Source: Chiloscyllium plagiosum
Lineage: Eukaryota
Assembly: GCF_004010195.1 (NCBI RefSeq)
Contig: NC_057719.1
Location: 30,475,477-30,499,729 of the forward strand
Direction: 5' to 3'
Length of the DNA: 24,253 bases
The notes beneath the pieces are model-generated. The model did no database searches and was not told where the DNA came from. It worked only from the letters and a program-made list of their open reading frames with translations. Below are positions 1 to 12,260 of this stretch, one piece after another (the stretch's first letter is position 1; each line of letters opens with the position of its first letter). The translations under genes and the position numbers were made by a program.

Positions 1-580
1 TTTACAGGGGTTGCCACCTTTGACCAGAATCTGATCTAGGTTTGGGATATGGTTACCTAACATCTGGGCTCACACCCATCAGGAGTGAAGGTTGTCATTA
101 AGGAGTCACTGCTCATGAATCCAGCCCTTCCTAACACAGCTTTAGGTAGCTACTGTGGTAACCAGACTCTGGCACCACAGAGAGTTGTCAGTCAGATGCC
201 AGTTAATGTCCAGCATACAGCCAAAGCCAGAGTCTGAAAACAGTTGCGCTTGGTCCCAAGTGCACTCATGGTTTCAAGTAGACTCAACTGTGTAGTAGAC
301 CTCTGTTTGAACTGATCCATTTCAACAGAATTTCACATTAGCCCCATGCACCAAAACTATCCTCAAACTTGGGCCAACATGAGCAAATTCTCTTCATGTC
401 TTTCCAGTTAGTGTGAAGGGATTTCTTGTATGGACTGCTGTTGTGCACCCTTCATTTCCTCAATTTTGTTTGGCATCTCAGCACATGGTATTCCATCTGG
501 CAGTGGTGGAAGACCCTCAGTATTGGGTTCTCTCTTGTAGGACTCCTTCTCCATCTATTAGGGATCAGAGACCTGGTGTG
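1..580 (+). mobile_element. Degenerate Tx1/L1-clade LINE ORF2, C-terminal region (left part)
   Basis: Broken frames read VIKESLLMNP and RDFLYGLLLCTLHFL, followed by PQ(W)..GLLP..GDL.W-like remnants, resembling Tx1-type ORF2 upstream of the CCHC finger. Confidence 0.55.
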
Positions 581-584
581 AAAT

Positions 585-1061
585 ATGTCACTGTGTTTTG
601 TCATTTAAATAAATTATCTGGACTTGAATATAGGAGGAACGGTTAGTAACTTTGCGGATGACACCAAAATTGATGATGCAGTGGACTCAGATTATCTCTT
701 GATTATCACAGAAATTTGATTAGATGAGCCAATGGGCCAGAGGAGTGGCAGATTAATTTAGATAAACGTGAGGTGCTACATTTTGGTAAGGCAAACTAGG
801 GCAAGACTTATACACTTAATGGTATGGTTCTGGGGAGTGTTGCCGAACAAAGACTTTGGGTGCAGTTTGAAAGTACTTTGAAAGTAGACAGTACAGTGAA
901 GTCTGCATTTGGTACATTCCCTTTATTGGTCAGTGCAACCTTTATTGGTTTAGAGGGATATGAGCCAAATGAAGACAAATAGGACTAGATTTATTTAGGA
1001 TATCTGGTCGGCATGGACGAGTTGGATCGAAGTGTCTGTTTCTATGCTGTACATCTCTACA
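585..1061 (+). mobile_element. CR1/HER1 LINE 3' fragment, internally deleted, inserted in the Tx1 remnant
   Basis: RT motif FADDTKI at ~651-671 and the 3' end (ggatatctggtcggcatggacgagttgg...gctgtacatctcta) shared with other copies in the window. Confidence 0.85.
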
Positions 1062-1490
1062 TTGAACGCGACCCCGTGTGCAATGTTAGGCTAAGTGGTT
1101 TTACATACTCACAGGCTGCCAGTAATTTTAATATGCTTGATGAGTGAGTGCATGGACATCTTTATACGAACTGTTATGGACTCAAAACCTTTTTTTTTAA
1201 AGAAAGGACCATTAAAGATTTGCTGACATTTCACCCTATGCTTCCGATCTGCAGTAAAATGGTGCAAATAGAGACTGGCAGATTGGAGGACCTTCTCACA
1301 AGGCTGTTCCTTGGCCCAGCCAAAGTGCGTATTAACAAGGTCAGACAGCAGACAGTCAAGGGGATTGTTGCAAGCAATTGTCTGTCTCTCTTTGTTGGTT
1401 CCACCCACACCCAGGTGTCCTCAGAAAGGAAGTACATTGTGTCCACTAGAATAAGGCCCTGAAGTGCACAGTGACCACCCCACCCCTCCC
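1062..1490 (+). mobile_element. Degenerate Tx1/L1-clade LINE ORF2 C-terminus (right part)
   Basis: Decayed CCHC region (HLYTNC) followed by EDLLTRLFLGPAKVRINKVRQQTVKGIVASNCLSLF..VSSERKYIVST, resembling the Tx1 ORF2 tail. Confidence 0.6.
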
Positions 1491-1689
1491 CTCCAAATGA
1501 CATGTTAAATTAAAATTTCCAAGTTTCATTGGTACTTTGGTCTTTGCAACATATCCCCATGAGGGACTGGTTTATTTATTTTAAAATTGTAGAAAGGAAG
1601 ATTGATGGCACCCAATCACAAGCCGCTAATGGTTGGTAAAATGAGTCCAAAAATAACAACCACCACCTTTTCTGCTTGATTTTCAATGA

Positions 1690-2315
1690 TTCAATTTCGC
1701 AATATCAATGTGCAGAGGGTGTTCATTGACCATAAATTAAACTGTACCAACCATATAAATCCTGTGGCTATGAGCGCAGGTTAGAAACTAGAATTGTGCA
1801 AGTAATTCAATTTCTGTCACTCCAAAGCCTGTCCACTATCTACAAAGTGCAAAGCAGAAGAGTGATTGAATATTCTCTAATTGCCTGGATAGATGCAGCT
1901 CCATAAATACAAAAAGCTTAACAACATCCAGGACAAAGCAGCCTCCTTCATAGCATCCATCAAATTACCTTCAACATTTAGTGCCTCTCCAATCAAAGCA
2001 CAATGGCAACAGTGTACACTATCCAATATGCACTGTAGCACGTCAAACTGCTTTCATCAAAACTTCCAAACCCACAACCCCTAACACATAGATGCATGGA
2101 AGCATGGTCACCTACTCTGCCAAACCACATACTATCCTGATTTGTAATACCACTGTTCCTTCACTGTCGCAGACACTCCATTCTGAATACACTCAGGGTG
2201 CACCTACAACCCAAGGACTGCAGCAGTTCAGGAAGGTGGCTCACTACTACCTTCATAACGGCAATTAGTAATGTGTAATAATAAACAGTGGCCAAACTGG
2301 TGACATCCACATCAC
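1690..2315 (+). mobile_element. Old CR1/L2-group LINE 3' end (family distinct from HER1)
   Basis: Remnants TIYKVQSRRVIEYS and KKLNNIQDKAASFI; 3' end ggactgcagcagttcaggaaggtggctcactactacctt...aataaa. Related to 22900-23102. Confidence 0.7.
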
Positions 2316-2490
2316 AAGTGAAAGATAACGAAGGGCCAATAAATTTTTTAAAGTTTTTTTTAAATTATGTAAATTAATATCCATATATACAAACTTCACA
2401 CTGCCCATCAAAATGACAACATTCTTGATTTTAAAATGTTTGGTAGAAGAAAGTGAAGGTAAATTAACACTGTTTCTGCTCATTCCTCAC

Positions 2491-2670
2491 CTCTCTCAGC
2501 TCTAATCTTTGTGCAACAGCTTCCAAACATTCTTGGCCTGTGCTTTCAACAGAAAGTGTGAATTCCAGAAATCCATTATCCAACAGTTGGATCCGTACAA
2601 CCAAGCAGCTCTTACTGGAGACAGTATACCTGCGTGTTCTTTTCAATTTTATTCCAAAAGGTAATGGCAT
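2491..2670 (-). CDS. ptpn21: First coding exon of tyrosine-protein phosphatase non-receptor type 21 (N-terminus and start of FERM domain, 60 codons); gene continues beyond the left edge
   Basis: Translation [60 protein letters not shown] matches the recalled PTPN21 N-terminus ([18 protein letters not shown]) better than PTPN14 (MPFG..RRYNVLSKNCFV). GCCATG start; phase-0 donor GAG|GTGAGG at 2491/2490. Confidence 0.93.
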
Positions 2671-2775
2671 GGCAAAATAAAGTTAGTTAAACTTCTTGTA
2701 CTTCTCACACTGTGCGCTGCATGCAGAAATCATCCAGCAGCTAATGGCCGATTGATCCAACTGGAAAGCATTGCT
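2671..2775 (-). other. ptpn21: 5'UTR part of ptpn21 exon 2
   Basis: Polypyrimidine tract and acceptor ttgcttcttgttttacag| at 2776/2775; a second candidate acceptor tttccag| at 2761/2760. Confidence 0.75.
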
Positions 2776-3982
2776 CTGTAAAACAAGAAGCAACAAGTGA
2801 GTATTTCTTTGGAGGAGAAAGACTATTTCAATTTAAAATTATAAAAGCTTCTAACTTTTGAGGAGACAAAGTTTCCCTTTAAAAGTTTTCATACCTGCTG
2901 AGAATTGAAAATACAGAACTTACTTTATTGACAAGAAAATAATTCACGGCAAAGATCTGTGGTGGGAAATATTAAATTACTCATTTATTATGGTCATAGC
3001 TTCATGCAAACTCAGCCAGGATGCAGGTTTTGAGATTACATCTGAACTTAGTAGTCTTAGAAGTCAAAATCATACTTTTGATACATTTTAAATGCAGTCA
3101 TAACTATACAGGAAATAGAGGCAATTAGTATTAGGAACTTTAAAAATCTGTAAGAATTGATGGTGTCCAGAAAGGGGAAAAAACCTGAAAAGACAAAATT
3201 AAGTCTCAAAATCAAGTTATCATATTTCAGGTTTTTTTTCCTCCCCTTAATGCTGATTTATTGCAGAGAACATCAAGTCAGTACAAACTTGGTAACGCAA
3301 GCAAGTTTTGAAAGTCCACTCCAGCATTACAATAGTATTTGTCCTTGGCACTGGAACTTTGCATTTTTAAAATTTGACTACGTTTAATAAAGACAAAAGA
3401 TGGCATCATCCATTTTACTTGACTTCTTGCTATACAGCTAATCATTTATTATCCTTTAAACTCAGATTCTTCACCTGTAAACAGAAAACACCAGTAATGT
3501 TGTAAAATGAATTGCCTGGTGGCAGGCATATAGCCTCAGGTAAAACTTAGCAAATACACTGTATTCACAAATAACTAAAATATGCACAAAGCATTCATAA
3601 ACAGCTTTGCACAACTTATGGCATGTAATGCAAGCTTTTGCTGAAAGGTATACTACACATACATTTCATTTCATTGCCACAACCCTATTTGTTATGGTAC
3701 ATTGAGTAGTGACAATTACAGTTCCTTGGTCTCACAAGAAAGAATTTGATTCTTAGCAAGGAGGCTGCACTCTGCAAGTTGTAGGAGGCCTATCACATTC
3801 TCTCAGACATTTTGGATAATAATTTCCCCATTGTGGATTTTAAGGTTAAGACCAAAATAAGCACCTTTCAGACCTAGGCCCTTCATCATTCATCTTCCTC
3901 GGAAGGGACCAAATAGGAAGCAAAACAGGGTACAAAGAGTGTTTCAAAAGATTTGTTAAGTACTGTAAAGAAAATACCCTAA

Positions 3983-5032
3983 GAGTCAGAGATATACCAC
4001 ACAGAATCAGACCCTTCGGTCCAATGTGTCAATGCCGACCAGATATCCTAAACTAATCTAGTTCCATTTGCAGCCACTTGGCCCATATATCTCTAAACCC
4101 TTCCTATTCATATACTCATCCAGATGTCTTTTAAAATGTTGTAATCGTACCCGCCTCCACCACTTCCTCCAGCAGCTCATTCTATACATGCACCATCTGT
4201 GCGAAAATATTGCTCCTTAGGTTCTTTTTAAACTTTTCCCCTCTCACCCTAAACTTATAATGTCTAGCTGTAGACTCCCACACCTTGGGGAGAAGACCTT
4301 ATCTATTTACCCTATCCATGCCCCTCATAATTTTATAAACCTCTATAAAGGTCACCCCTCAGCCTCCAACACTCCAGGGTAAGCAGCCCCATCCTATTCA
4401 GCCTCTCCCTATGGCTCAAATCCTCCAACCCTGGCAACATCCTTATAAATCTTTTCTGAACCCTTTCAAGCTGCACAACATCCTTCCAATAGGAGGGAGA
4501 CCAGAATTGCACACAATACAGAGGAACCTCGGTAATCTGACTGAGATGGGCGGGCACTATTTCATTCGGGTAATTGATTATTTGGTTAATCGATTCAATG
4601 CCTCTCCTCTGGGGCTCAAACTTTTCTGTTAAGTCTGCTTCCCGTTCAGGAGACTGCAGCACACCACACCGCACCCCCCCCCACTTCCTCCAACCCTGTT
4701 TGCCCCACCGCCTGCCCCAACCCTCATCCACCGTCCGACCCCATCAGGGTTGAAACAGCTCTTCCATGTAATGTTTTTAATCAGGACCCCGCGATCTCCT
4801 TTGGATAATCTGATATTCGGATAATAGAGGTTTGTCTGTATTCCAAATGTGGCCCAATCAATATCCTGTACTCCCGCAACACGACTGCCCAACTCCTATA
4901 CTCAACGCTCTGACCAATCGTCGTCTTCACTATCCTATCTACTTACGACTCCACTTTCGAGGACCTATGAACTTACACTCTAGGGTCCCTTTTTGTTCAG
5001 CAACACTCCCCAGGACCGTACCATTAAGTGTA
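3983..5032 (-). mobile_element. CR1/HER1 LINE 3' portion, split by a MITE
   Basis: ORF remnant YCVQFWSPSYWKDVVQLERVQKRFIRMLPGLEDLSHRERL..RLRGDL and a CR1 3'UTR ending near 3983. Confidence 0.9.
4519..4838. mobile_element. Tc1/mariner (Tigger/pogo-like) MITE, 320 bp
   Basis: TA duplication (4517-4518, 4839-4840) and imperfect TIRs CAGAGGAACCTCGGTAATCTGA / CAGACAAACCTCTATTATCCGA. Removing it restores the CR1 sequence caata|ttccaa seen at ~9908. Confidence 0.85.
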
Positions 5033-6733
5033 TAATCATCTTGCACTCTCAGAAGTGTTAAAAACACCAAGGGAAAAAGCATGCTCACACCATGAGAGGA
5101 AAGTGCTGATTAGTTGGCAAATAGACTTGTTGAGTTTTGTTGGAGTCTTAAAATCTGACAGGTTGACTCAGATTGGTCAATGAAGAATGCACTGAGCACT
5201 GAACCAGGAATGGTTTTGCTCAGCTAAAAGAGACACCATGTGTACATGTCCTTTCTATTTGCAAAGAATGGAGTCTGTATTAATGTTAGCAATGAAGCAA
5301 TATGCTTCAAGCAGATGCAAATGCACCACACTGAGCCTGAATGAAAATCCTAAATTGGTCAGCAGCCATAATTTTGTGCACACATGGAATTTTGTTTTCA
5401 GTAAATGTTGTCCAATCATAGGAGCGCGTCTAATGTTGGACATTGTGTTGAGTGTCTTGCAAGTCTGGGATAGTTGGGTACTGTCAATAAGATGCTCTAC
5501 CTATCATATAAATCAGTAATATGGTTTATGAACGTCAGTGTTGATGTGATGCTGAGTATATAAGGCTGCAGATCCCAAAGACCAGCAACCATACGAAATT
5601 ATATATTTCTTTGGTTGTTCGTTACAAACAAGATATTGGCAATAAGCAATTGGATTAGATTACATTTACAAAATAATCATGAGTGCACAAAGAACTGCAT
5701 TGACAAACAATGAAGGATAGTCAGCTGGGCTCTCAATCTGGCATACTTGCAGATACTAGAAGTTTCACATATTAATGCACAGGGCCCTCTTGCTTGTAGA
5801 CAAAAAGAATAGGTACATCCACTACAGTTGATTCTACTCAATAAAACTAGTATTTATTACCAATTGTTCAGATGAGTGCATGATGCTTGTCCAACCAAAA
5901 TTATTATTTGTCAGGTAAGTCAAGAGGTGAATGTAGGGGATCTGCTTATGGGATTTTACATAAATATTTTTTTCCATAAAATGATTAACTTGAAATGAGG
6001 AAGATCATATCAGATGATGTTTGAATTTTCTGCCAGCTCCTAAATCCATCTGCTAAGGAGGTAGTCCAGTCCTTCGGTCGTGACAGGGGGTTTCTTTGCT
6101 CCAAACTTAGAAACCGACAAGTCCCAAAAAAAAAAGACTTCTTTCTTGTAATATATCTGCATGTTTTGGCTTTTTTGGATCGTGAAATACAAGGAGTAAG
6201 GAGTATAAGGAATATACAAGTCAGTCACTGTTAACCATTTATGTAACCTTGAGGATATGAAGCTATGCTGGACATTCCAAGAACCCAATGAAACCGAGAA
6301 TGTAAACTGATGAATATAACTAACACAAGTGCAAACTTTGGTTTCCATGCTGTAGTTATTTTGTTGACCTCCAAACAACCATTCCTGAATACACTGGAAG
6401 TGCTTTGTCAGCAGAGGCTGGTAGAATTATTTTGAAGCCTGGTAGGTAACTGCCTTATGAAAATCTTTGTATTCCTAACTTCACCAAAAAAAAACTTAGT
6501 CGCTGGTTCTCTCCAACCCTTCATCCATGTTTTCTTCCATTGTCCCTTTAGCCCTCTTTAATGGATCTCCCTCTCTCCCATCATGCTCCCAACTCAAGCA
6601 TAGGGCGAGACCTCCCCCCTTCAACGATCACCCTAATACTTAGTTTCCACTCCTCCTTATCCTGAACATACTACCTTCCCTGCGGCCACTCCTTATCACT
6701 CTACATTACAACAACCTACCTTCTAACTCTCTC

Positions 6734-7621
6734 AGTGGCTCAGTGGTTAGCACGGCTGCCTCACAGTACCAGGGACCCGGGTTTGATTCCTGCCTCGAGC
6801 GACTGTCCATGTGGAGTTTGCACATTCTCCCCATGTGACGATGGCGCCGGATATGGTAGACTCCTTGCGAGCTCCTGCGTGCAAATCTAAGTTTCCTATT
6901 TCTTAGTCATTCGACACTCTTCAAACTTAATACTTCTTAGTAATTTTTAAAAATATACTATGTTTTATCTAAACTCACAGGTTTGAAGCTCCTTCAATCC
7001 TCAAAGTCAGCTTACTGGATGAAGGCAGCAGACCACATGGTGCCCACGACCCATCCGACCACCCCGGAAGACCAGGCCTGCTGTCAAGGAAAGGCCGCCA
7101 GCATTCTCAAAGATCCATCCCACCCAGGCAATGTTTTTCTACAACCTCTACCATCGGGGAGAAGGTTCAGAAGCCTAAACACACGCACCAGCTGGTTTCC
7201 AAACAGTTTATACTGTTAGAATACTGAATGGACTCTCAAACTCTTAACATTTGCCTGTTCCTGTTTTGTTTTTGCTGCTGTTACCCATTATTTACTTATC
7301 TATGCTACTTAACTATGTGATCTGTCTGTACTGCTCGCAAGACAAAGCTTTTCACTGTGCCTCGCTACACGTAACAATAAATTCAATTCAATTCAATTCT
7401 GCGTGGGTTTCTTCTGGGTGCTCTGGTTTCCTCCCACAATCCAAAGACGTGCAGGTTAGGTGGATTCGCTATGCTAAATGTTCAGGGATGTGTAGGACAG
7501 TCAGGGGTAAATGTAGGGTAGTAGATAGTGGAATGGGTTTGAACGGGCTACTCTTTGGAGGGTCAGTGTGGACTTGTTGGGTCAAATGGCCTGTTTCCAC
7601 ACTGTAGGTGATCTAATCTAA
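6734..7621 (+). mobile_element. tRNA-derived V-SINE (HE1-like), interrupted at 6837-7398
   Basis: A box TGGCTCAGTGG (6736-6746) and B-box-like GGTTTGATTCC (6780-6790). The V-domain reads tggagtttgcacattctccccatgt|ctgcgtgggtttc...ctcccacaatccaaagac once the insertion is removed. CR1-like tail. Confidence 0.9.
6837..7398 (+). mobile_element. Internally deleted Rex1/Babar-type non-LTR element nested in the V-SINE
   Basis: Head GATGGCGCCGG; ORF C-terminus KAASILKDPSHPGNVFLQPLPSGRRFRSLNTRT typical of Rex1/Babar; stem-loop tail followed by AATAAA and (ATTCA)3. Confidence 0.8.
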
Positions 7622-9367
7622 GCAAATATGTGGGCTCAACGACAATACAACTATATTCTTCCCTGTCAGGGAGCAGGGAGAGCAGGAAAAAAAAAAATGT
7701 TTAATCAAATTGTGGCAATGGATCAGATTGCGTGCATTTCAAAAACACTCATGCTAACAATTAACTATTGCAGATCAGTAGCATAATGGTAATGTTGCTT
7801 TACTAGGAATTAACAAATGCAGACAAATATTTCCAACACAAGTGTAAATCCCACAATAGAGGAGTAAATATTCCAGATTCAGTAATCCACTTCTGTTAGG
7901 TAAATTTCTGTGCATTCTCACAATGTTTTAATCTAGCCCAAAACCCTCAAAACAAACTAATTCAGTTAACTGATTACTTAAATGAGAGTTCCCTCAACTC
8001 ATGTTTGTAAATAAACTTATATGATGTTTTCCTCTCTACACACCTCCACAAGCCTTCTGCTTCTTGAGTTCTTTGCACTGCCTTCTACACTTTTCAAGAC
8101 ATTTCTCCAGTTTTGAATGCTTGAAGACTGCTACTAACATCACACCTCTTGTTGTAATGGGACCTCACTTCTGCATCAACTGCTTCTCGCCCCTCTTTGT
8201 CTGTTAATCATAGATTCATGTCAACTAAACCTTAGCAGTTGTCTCCGTGGCTTGCAAGTCATTTGGCAAAATTTACATGACTTCCTGTGAATACAGTTTT
8301 GAACGCACTGTTCAAAATGACTAATTTTGTTTTTATACAAAACAAGTCACAGCTTCACAGAATTGAAAATTAAAAGTCAACTTTACCTACACTTTAGAAG
8401 TCACATTCCCAAATAAACTACTTTCTATCCAGCTTCATCACAATAAGCACTATATTTTAATTTTGCAATGGCCATTCTGGAAGCACAGCTTTCAGAATGA
8501 ATTAGTTTCACATTTTTTAGAAAGCAATGAATTCATTTTACTACATTTAAAAACTTAATTTCAAACTGAATTTTTTAGAAACCAGTTAAATTAAACCTAG
8601 CGAAGTTTGATTTCACTCAGTGTAAATAGGGCAGACAATTTCTGAAGATCTTGAAACACTCAGAAGCCATGAGCTTTAAGACCCACCTCCAACTAATGAT
8701 TGGAAGCTTAAGCAAAACAAATGTAGTTTAAACGTCAGCCTAATTCCTGCCTAAAGCTATTTATATTATTTATTTCAGTGGAGCTTACCCGCAAACCTAT
8801 TTTAAATGTCTATTACTTTGAGTAAAAAGAGATGTGTCTATTCATTGTCGTTACATTTTTAAAAGGCCATGACATAATTGGCTCAAAATCTCTATTTGCG
8901 TCCTGAAGTCTTATTACTCTTAACCCTTTAATGTGCTGCTTAATTAGTTTAGTGGCATTGTGTTCCATTCTATCCAAAGATTTTATCATATGAAACAAAA
9001 CAAAATGTTACACAATATTTAAACAGCAACTCATGCAACATTAAAATTCATTATCATGTGGTTCATGCAATCCTGCACTAATGGTTTCACTATTAATGCA
9101 GAAACAAATTCTTTAACTCCTCATGGTTTCATCCAACACCAAAGAATTCCTTCCCTACACAATCACAAGCTCATTATTTTAGCACGATCAGTTTCTCACA
9201 CCAACCACATCTTGCACCTTCAAAATCCAAGTCCTCTGAACAACGGAAAAGGAAAAAAATCCTATAATTATAGCAACTTTCAAAAATATTCCAAAGAAAC
9301 AAATGATGAGGGCACACCACACGTATATCAATGTTATTACAAGATGCAGGTCTTGAAGTTTTTCCTA

Positions 9368-9620
9368 GGAGAAAGTGAGGACAGCAGATGCTGGAGATCA
9401 GAGCTGAAAAAGGTGTTGCTGGAAAAGCGCAGGTCAGGCAGCATCCAAGGAGCAGCAGAATCGACGTTTCAGGCTTAAGCCCTTCTTCAGGAATGAGGAG
9501 GGTGTGCCAAGCAGGCTAAGATAAAAGGTAGGGAGGAGGGACTTGGGGGAGGGGCGTTGGAAATGCGATAGGTTGGAGATGGTTAAGGTGAGGGTGATAG
9601 GCCGGAGAGGGGGTGGGGGC
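9368..9620 (-). mobile_element. Penelope-like element pseudo-LTR fragment, truncated by the assembly gap
   Basis: gaaagtgaggacagcagatgctggagatcagag...gcagcatccaaggagcag...tcgacgtttcaggcttaagcccttcttcaggaat, homologous to 15246-15412 and 20279-20359; contains a hammerhead core. Confidence 0.8.
9456..9495 (-). ncRNA. Minimal type I hammerhead ribozyme motif (variant copy)
   Basis: Minus strand: CTGAAGA-A-GGGC TTAA GCCT-GAAAC-GTC; stem II is closed by G.U rather than G-C. Confidence 0.6.
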
Positions 9621-9795
9621 NNNNNNNNNNNNNNNNNNNNNNNNNNNNNNNNNNNNNNNNNNNNNNNNNNNNNNNNNNNNNNNNNNNNNNNNNNNNNNNN
9701 NNNNNNNNNNNNNNNNNNNNNNNNNNNNNNNNNNNNNNNNNNNNNNNNNNNNNNNNNNNNNNNNNNNNNNNNNNNNNNNNNNNNNNNNNNNNNNN
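9621..9795. other. Assembly gap (175 N)
   Basis: Run of N between a Penelope fragment and a CR1 fragment. Confidence 1.
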
Positions 9796-10318
9796 GCCTC
9801 TCCCTATAGCTCAAATTCTCCAACCCTGGCAACATCCTTGTAAATCTTTTCTGAACCCTTTCAAGTTTCACAACATCTTTCCAATAGGAAGGAGACCAGA
9901 ATTGCACTCAATATTCCAACAGTGGCCTAACCAATGTCCTGTACAGCCACAACATGACCTCCCAACTCCTGTACTCAATACTCTGACCAATAAAGCAGAG
10001 CATACCAAACACCTTCTTCACTATCCTATCTACCTGCGACTCCACTTTCAAGGAGCTATGAACCTGCACTCCAAGGTCTCTTTGTTCAGCAACACTTCCT
10101 TGGACCTTACCATTAAGTGTATATGTCCTGCTAAGATTTGCTTTCCCAAAATGCAGGACCTCGCATTTACCTGAATTAAACTCCATCTGCCACTTCTCAG
10201 CCCATTGGCTAATCTGGTCAAGATCCTGTTGTAATCTGAAGTAACCCCCTTCGCTGTCCACTACACCTCCAATTTTGGTGTCATCTGTAAACTCACTAAC
10301 TGTACCTCTTATGCTCGC
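9796..10318 (-). mobile_element. CR1/HER1 LINE RT C-terminal fragment
   Basis: LQQDLDQISQWAEKWQMEFNSGKCEVLHFG..RDLGVQV..LYRTLVRPLLEY and QFWSPSYWKDVVKLERVQKRFTRM. Confidence 0.92.
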
Positions 10319-10346
10319 TTACTTCTGATCTTAATTCATATTCTCA

Positions 10347-10935
10347 CATAGAGTCATAGAGATGTACAGCATGGAAACAGACCCTTCAGTCCAACCTGTC
10401 CATGCTGACCAGATATTGCAACTCAATCTAGTCCCGCCTGCCTGCACCCAGCCCATATCCCTCCATATTCATATACCTGTATTCCATGTGATCTAACCTT
10501 GTTAATCAGTCTCCCATGGGGAACCTTGTTGTACACCTTACTGAAGTCCATATAGACCACACCTAATGCTCTGTCCTCAATCTTCTTTGTTACTTCTTCA
10601 AAAAACTCAATCAAGTTTGTGAGACACGATTTCCCATGCACACATCAGCTTTCAAAAGTTCTTACCTAATACTGTCAAAATTGGCCTTTCTCCAATTTAG
10701 AGCTTCAACTTTTAGATCTGGTCTATCCTTTTCCATCACTATTTTATAACAAATAGAATTATGGTCGCTGGCCCCAAAGTGCTCCCCCATGGACACCTCA
10801 GTCACCTGCCCTGCCTTATTTCCCAAGAGTAGGTCAAAGCTTTGCACCTTCTCTAGTAGGCACATCCACATACTGAATCAGAAAATTGTCTTGTACGCAC
10901 TTGACGAATTCCTCTCCATCTAAACCTTTAACACT
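10347..10935 (-). mobile_element. CR1/HER1 copy with two large internal deletions (endonuclease piece, RT piece, 3'UTR)
   Basis: DLLLGNKAGQVTEVSMGEHFGASDHNSI, then HGKSCLTNLIEFFEEVTK..YMDFSKVYNKVPH, joined directly to the CR1 3' end. Confidence 0.88.
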
Positions 10936-11969
10936 CATTTCTATGCTCTTTGTCATACCACTTGATTTCCATACATAAAAAACAATTATTTAAGTCATCA
11001 AAACACACATTTATGAAACCAAGTGAATGATCTCAGCATTGTATTTATTTTCTGAAAAGTGAACATTAATAATAAATTGCTTGCTTAAAACACAGTTACT
11101 AAAATTTAAAGAATGTGGTGTAAGAGATATAACCAGGTCATTTCCTCTGTCTCACAGAAAGACAGCAGCAACACAAACACATACAAACAAACAAACAGAC
11201 ACTAGATATGCTCAGGCTGCACAATTTAAAACCAACTCACAGTGACATTTCAGGGAAAGAAGTCAATCTAAGCCTAACTTTATAGATGGCCCGAAACCCG
11301 CATGTATAAGAAGTGAAACGAGGATGCATCTCAGATACTGTCAAATGAATTGGATTAGAAGGTATATATGAACCTATTATCGAAATCTGGATGCTGAAAT
11401 GTTTTGACTTTAGGATCTTTCAGGATGGGATCAATTCAGTGATATGAACCATATAGCTTTCCTCAGCTATAACTTGTTAAAATGAAATCTGATGTTTAGC
11501 TGTTTAAACAGTAATTGTATGTATCAATGACAGCTTATTATCCCTCAGGAAAGTTTGATGCTGTTTACATAAAAATTCAGTTCACATTGACATTTTATTG
11601 AACTTTCTAAACGTAACATGAAGGTCCATGAAACAAAACTCCAAGTAAAAACTCACAAAACACCTTCAAAAAATTAGGACCCAGCTTTCATATTGTCCAC
11701 CAGTTATAATTTAGTCCATGTGAATCATGTGGTGAGACTGTTATTTCACAGCTGAATCTTTTGCAGTGTCTAACACACATACTTGATGCAGTAGTGCAGT
11801 CATATCCCAACAGTTTCAAGGCAAGATGCTCCAAAAGAAATTAATAAAGTAAGACCTATGTCAAATCAAACAAATAAATGTTATCTCTATTGTTCATTTT
11901 AAAGAGGGTGGCTGCACTCACAGAATTTTTAAAAATCAAGTTTCACTATAGCAGACCTATTATAACATA

Positions 11970-12260
11970 ACATTTATATAAAGCCTTTAACAAAATGAAA
12001 TATTCTAACATGCTTCACAAAAGTATTTTAAAAAGCGCAACCATCTGTCACATAAGGAAATATTAAGTCAACTGACCACAAAACTTCCTTCCGATCAAAT
12101 TTTAAAGGGTCCCGAAAGGAGGAAAATTAGGTTAAAAACATAGAAGGGTGAATAGAGGGGATTCCAGAGCTTAGACAACAGAAGAGCAATCATTACTGGA
12201 AATGCACATGAACCCAGAATTAGAGAACCTCAGATATTTCTGAAGGTAATGGGTTGGCAA
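11970..12260 (-). mobile_element. Very old L2-like 3' remnant
   Basis: catttatataaagcctttaac...atgcttcaca...gggattccagagcttag resembles a reverse-oriented L2 3' end; strongly diverged. Confidence 0.4.

Noticed and set aside
2464..2490. ORF extension VRNEQKQC*
   Set aside because: Read-through into the intron past the GAG|GTGAGG donor.
3400..3495. Good minus-strand acceptor (gttttctgtttacag|) near 3476 suggesting a cassette 5'UTR exon
   Set aside because: No convincing matching donor; cannot be supported without transcript data.
5040..5420. Possible dispersed repeat with several ATTGG/CCAAT-like motifs
   Set aside because: Boundaries and family could not be supported from the sequence alone.
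6734..6800. tRNA-like sequence
   Set aside because: It is the SINE head and runs directly into the V-domain; no complete cloverleaf.
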